The notes under the pieces were generated by a model. The model saw only the letters and a program-made list of their open reading frames with translations. It was not told the DNA's origin and made no database searches. The position numbers and the translations under genes were made by a program. A DNA stretch of 64,000 nucleotides from positions 323,277,402 to 323,341,401 of the forward strand of contig NC_085841.1 in NCBI RefSeq assembly GCF_035594765.1. The letters run 5' to 3'. This document shows, piece after piece, positions 61,751 to 64,000 of the stretch (positions are counted from its first letter, which is position 1; each line of letters opens with the position of its first letter). The stretch is from Anolis carolinensis. Its lineage: Eukaryota.

Positions 61751-62774
61751 GCATGTTTTTTTCTCTGTCTTATGGCTACATAGAATTAACAGTGGCTATA
61801 TTTACACATCAAAACTCAAGTTACCATGACCACCTCTGCTGTCAGTAGGGCACTTGAATTTAACAGAAGGGGATCTTAACTACTTAGAAGCTAGTCTTAG
61901 TTGTGCCTCTGCCCTGAAAGAGGTTAAGGATAATGAGGTCACTTCAAGATCTCAATTAACCAAGCCAAAATGTTATTCAATCCTAGCTAGCACTATGAAC
62001 AGTCAGAACGGGCTGTAGTGTTAAGAGGAGAAAGCTGTTATCTAGCTACCTCACTTCTCTTGATTGATATTACTAATTATTCTGAAGGGCTTCCAGGCAG
62101 TGCCAACCCAATAAGTGGAAAACCCAACAGTCATCTCACAAATTGTGCCAGTTTGTCCATTTGCAATACAGCAACCATTTTGAACAAAGAAACCAAGTAT
62201 TATCAATGCCTTTTTCAGTTGCTATGTCTCTGCCTGTGCCATGTTTTGATCGGGATTTATGACTGCAGCAAATTTCATCCATGGTTGGTAACAAACGTGA
62301 GAAGTTATGCCTGCTGTCCCCAGGTTTGTGCAGCATCCAAACAATCTAGAATTTCCTCTACTTCCACCTCCTTTATTGCCCCTTTCCCCCCATTTCATCC
62401 AAGGAAACATAGGGCTGGAAGTACAATTGCTTAGTCAGCTATCTTACCAAAGATAATGGCTGTGGCTATCTTTTATCAGCAATCCCTCTTTAGTCTAAAG
62501 CAGCAGAAAGGAATACTACCCAGTAGATGTTGTCAGTTTCTTATATTTACAAATTATTCCTATTGCTTGAACTACTCTTTTGTAAAGAAATTTAGTTGCA
62601 AACTCCACACTTGTCTGTTTTATGATGCAGAAATAAATGTTGCAGGTTCAAACTGCAGTGATAAATAAAATGTATATGCCTGTATATTTGTGCATAACAG
62701 TTTATGAATAATTGACATATATATCTAACTCTCATAAGTAGAAATCAAAACTGTTCTGTTTTTCTTTCTTTCAG

Positions 62775-62903
62775 ATCCCCTAAGATATACCCCAATGCCT
62801 TTACCCATTGTTCACAACTGGATCTTTCCTGTTCTGATAACAGACTGATATCTTCACCCTCCTTGATCAGTCCTTCAGTGAGGAATCTATCGCTAAGAAA
62901 ATC
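62775..62903 (+). CDS. G2E3: G2E3 Ser/Pro-rich linker exon: SPKIYPNAFTHCSQLDLSCSDNRLISSPSLISPSVRNLSLRK
   Basis: Strong pyrimidine tract plus CAG, GTAAGT donor, 129 nt phase 2-2 and open in the G2E3 frame. The gene continues beyond the window. Confidence 0.7.
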
Positions 62904-63020
62904 GTAAGTAGAACTGTCTCTACAGATTTTGAGAAGTGATGGATTTAAGGCTGAAGGGGTTTTTTTGTGTTAGTAAGTTACCTTATGGATTTTTGACACT
63001 AAACTGCTGTTTTCTGCATC

Positions 63021-63025
<5 letters not shown>

Positions 63026-63060
<35 letters not shown>

Positions 63061-63061
63061 G
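63026..63061. repeat. (TAA)n microsatellite (L2 tail)
   Basis: Direct inspection; adjoins the L2 3' end. Confidence 0.95.
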
Positions 63062-63079
63062 TAATAATTTTTTTAAAAA

Positions 63080-63350
63080 AAGTTTATTTATACCCCGCCA
63101 CCATCTCCCCAACGGGGACTCGGGGTGGCTTACATGGGGCCATGCCCAGAACAATACAATATAACAAAATATAAAAGAACAACACATCATAACACATTAA
63201 ACAATGCAATAGATAATAATATACATTACAACACAAAATCGGGGAAGCAATAAAAACAAGGGCGGGCCATATGAACACTAAGTTAAAACTCGGGGTGAGA
63301 AAGAAATAAGAATAAAAACCACAAAGAACAGGGTCATAAGATAGTGGTAC
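63080..63350 (-). mobile_element. L2 LINE 3'UTR
   Basis: Reverse complement of about 53860-54125. Confidence 0.88.
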
Positions 63351-63359
63351 AGTCTAGAG

Positions 63360-64000
63360 CAGAGGTCCTCAAACTTTTTAAGCAGAGGGCCGGTCCACAA
63401 TCCTTCAGACTGTTGAGGGGCCGAATTATCATTTGAAAAAGAAATATGAACAAATCCCTATGCACACTGCACATATCTTATTTGTAGTCCATAACAACAA
63501 TGAAAGAACAATAAAATATTTTAAAATGAAAACAATTTTAACCAACATGAACCTATCAGGCCAATGAGATAGTCAAGTTAATTAGGATTGTTGTTGTTGT
63601 TGTGTGCCTTCAAGTCAAGTGGGCAAGCTTAAGTCTAAAATTATTTATTTATTCATTTACTACATTTATTTACTACATTTATATCCCACCCTTCTCACCC
63701 CGAAGGGAACTCAGAGCAGCTGTATGTACATACAATATATTATATTATTAGCATAGCACAATATTAGCATTATATATTACTATACTGAACTATACCACTA
63801 TACTGTAATATTATATGTAATATATAACATGTAATTAATATTATTATATGGTATTATTATTAATACATTGTATAATATGATATTATCAATATCATATGTA
63901 TATATAATATATTATTAAAACTGATATAAAAGTATTATATTATAAATGAGGGCGGGGGCCAGGTAAATGACCTTGGAGGGCCGCATCCGGCCCCCGGGCC
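63360..64000 (+). mobile_element. hAT non-autonomous element (third copy, cut by window end)
   Basis: Begins CAGAGGTCCTCAAACT; collinear with 42964-43899 but lacks the Helitron. Confidence 0.9.

Noticed and set aside
47727-62903. PHF7 rather than G2E3
   Set aside because: [39 protein letters not shown] and SPK.PRQSPGS match G2E3 specifically, and the frame continues past the third finger.

Overview
Eukaryotic genomic DNA, very likely from a squamate (Anolis-type lizard), judged from Sauria SINEs and CR1, L2, RTE-1, Penelope, Helitron and hAT/mariner MITE families. There is one assembly gap (819-952). The only recognisable host gene is the 5' part of G2E3 (G2/M-phase-specific E3 ubiquitin ligase) on the + strand. 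It has a CCAAT/GC-box/CRE/CHR promoter and a probable first exon near 36.1 kb, then ten coding exons (47727-62903) that splice in frame to about 379 codons covering the three PHD/RING-like zinc fingers; the HECT domain lies beyond the window. The first 36 kb are intergenic and repeat-rich, with a few candidate regulatory islands. The most notable observation is that four dissimilar solo-LTR-like elements each carry a short acidic ORF starting near the LTR edge and ending in an RRSxR[LI]A-type motif (two intact, two frameshifted). The motif resembles the HMGN nucleosome-binding core. Other points: a second, antisense-oriented NF-Y x3 plus CHR promoter-like cluster in G2E3 intron 1; a probable GC-AG intron; an extra symmetric exon; a Penelope element with a decayed hammerhead motif; and multi-level transposon nesting with sequence capture. 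All repeat-family and gene identities come from recognition, not database searches.
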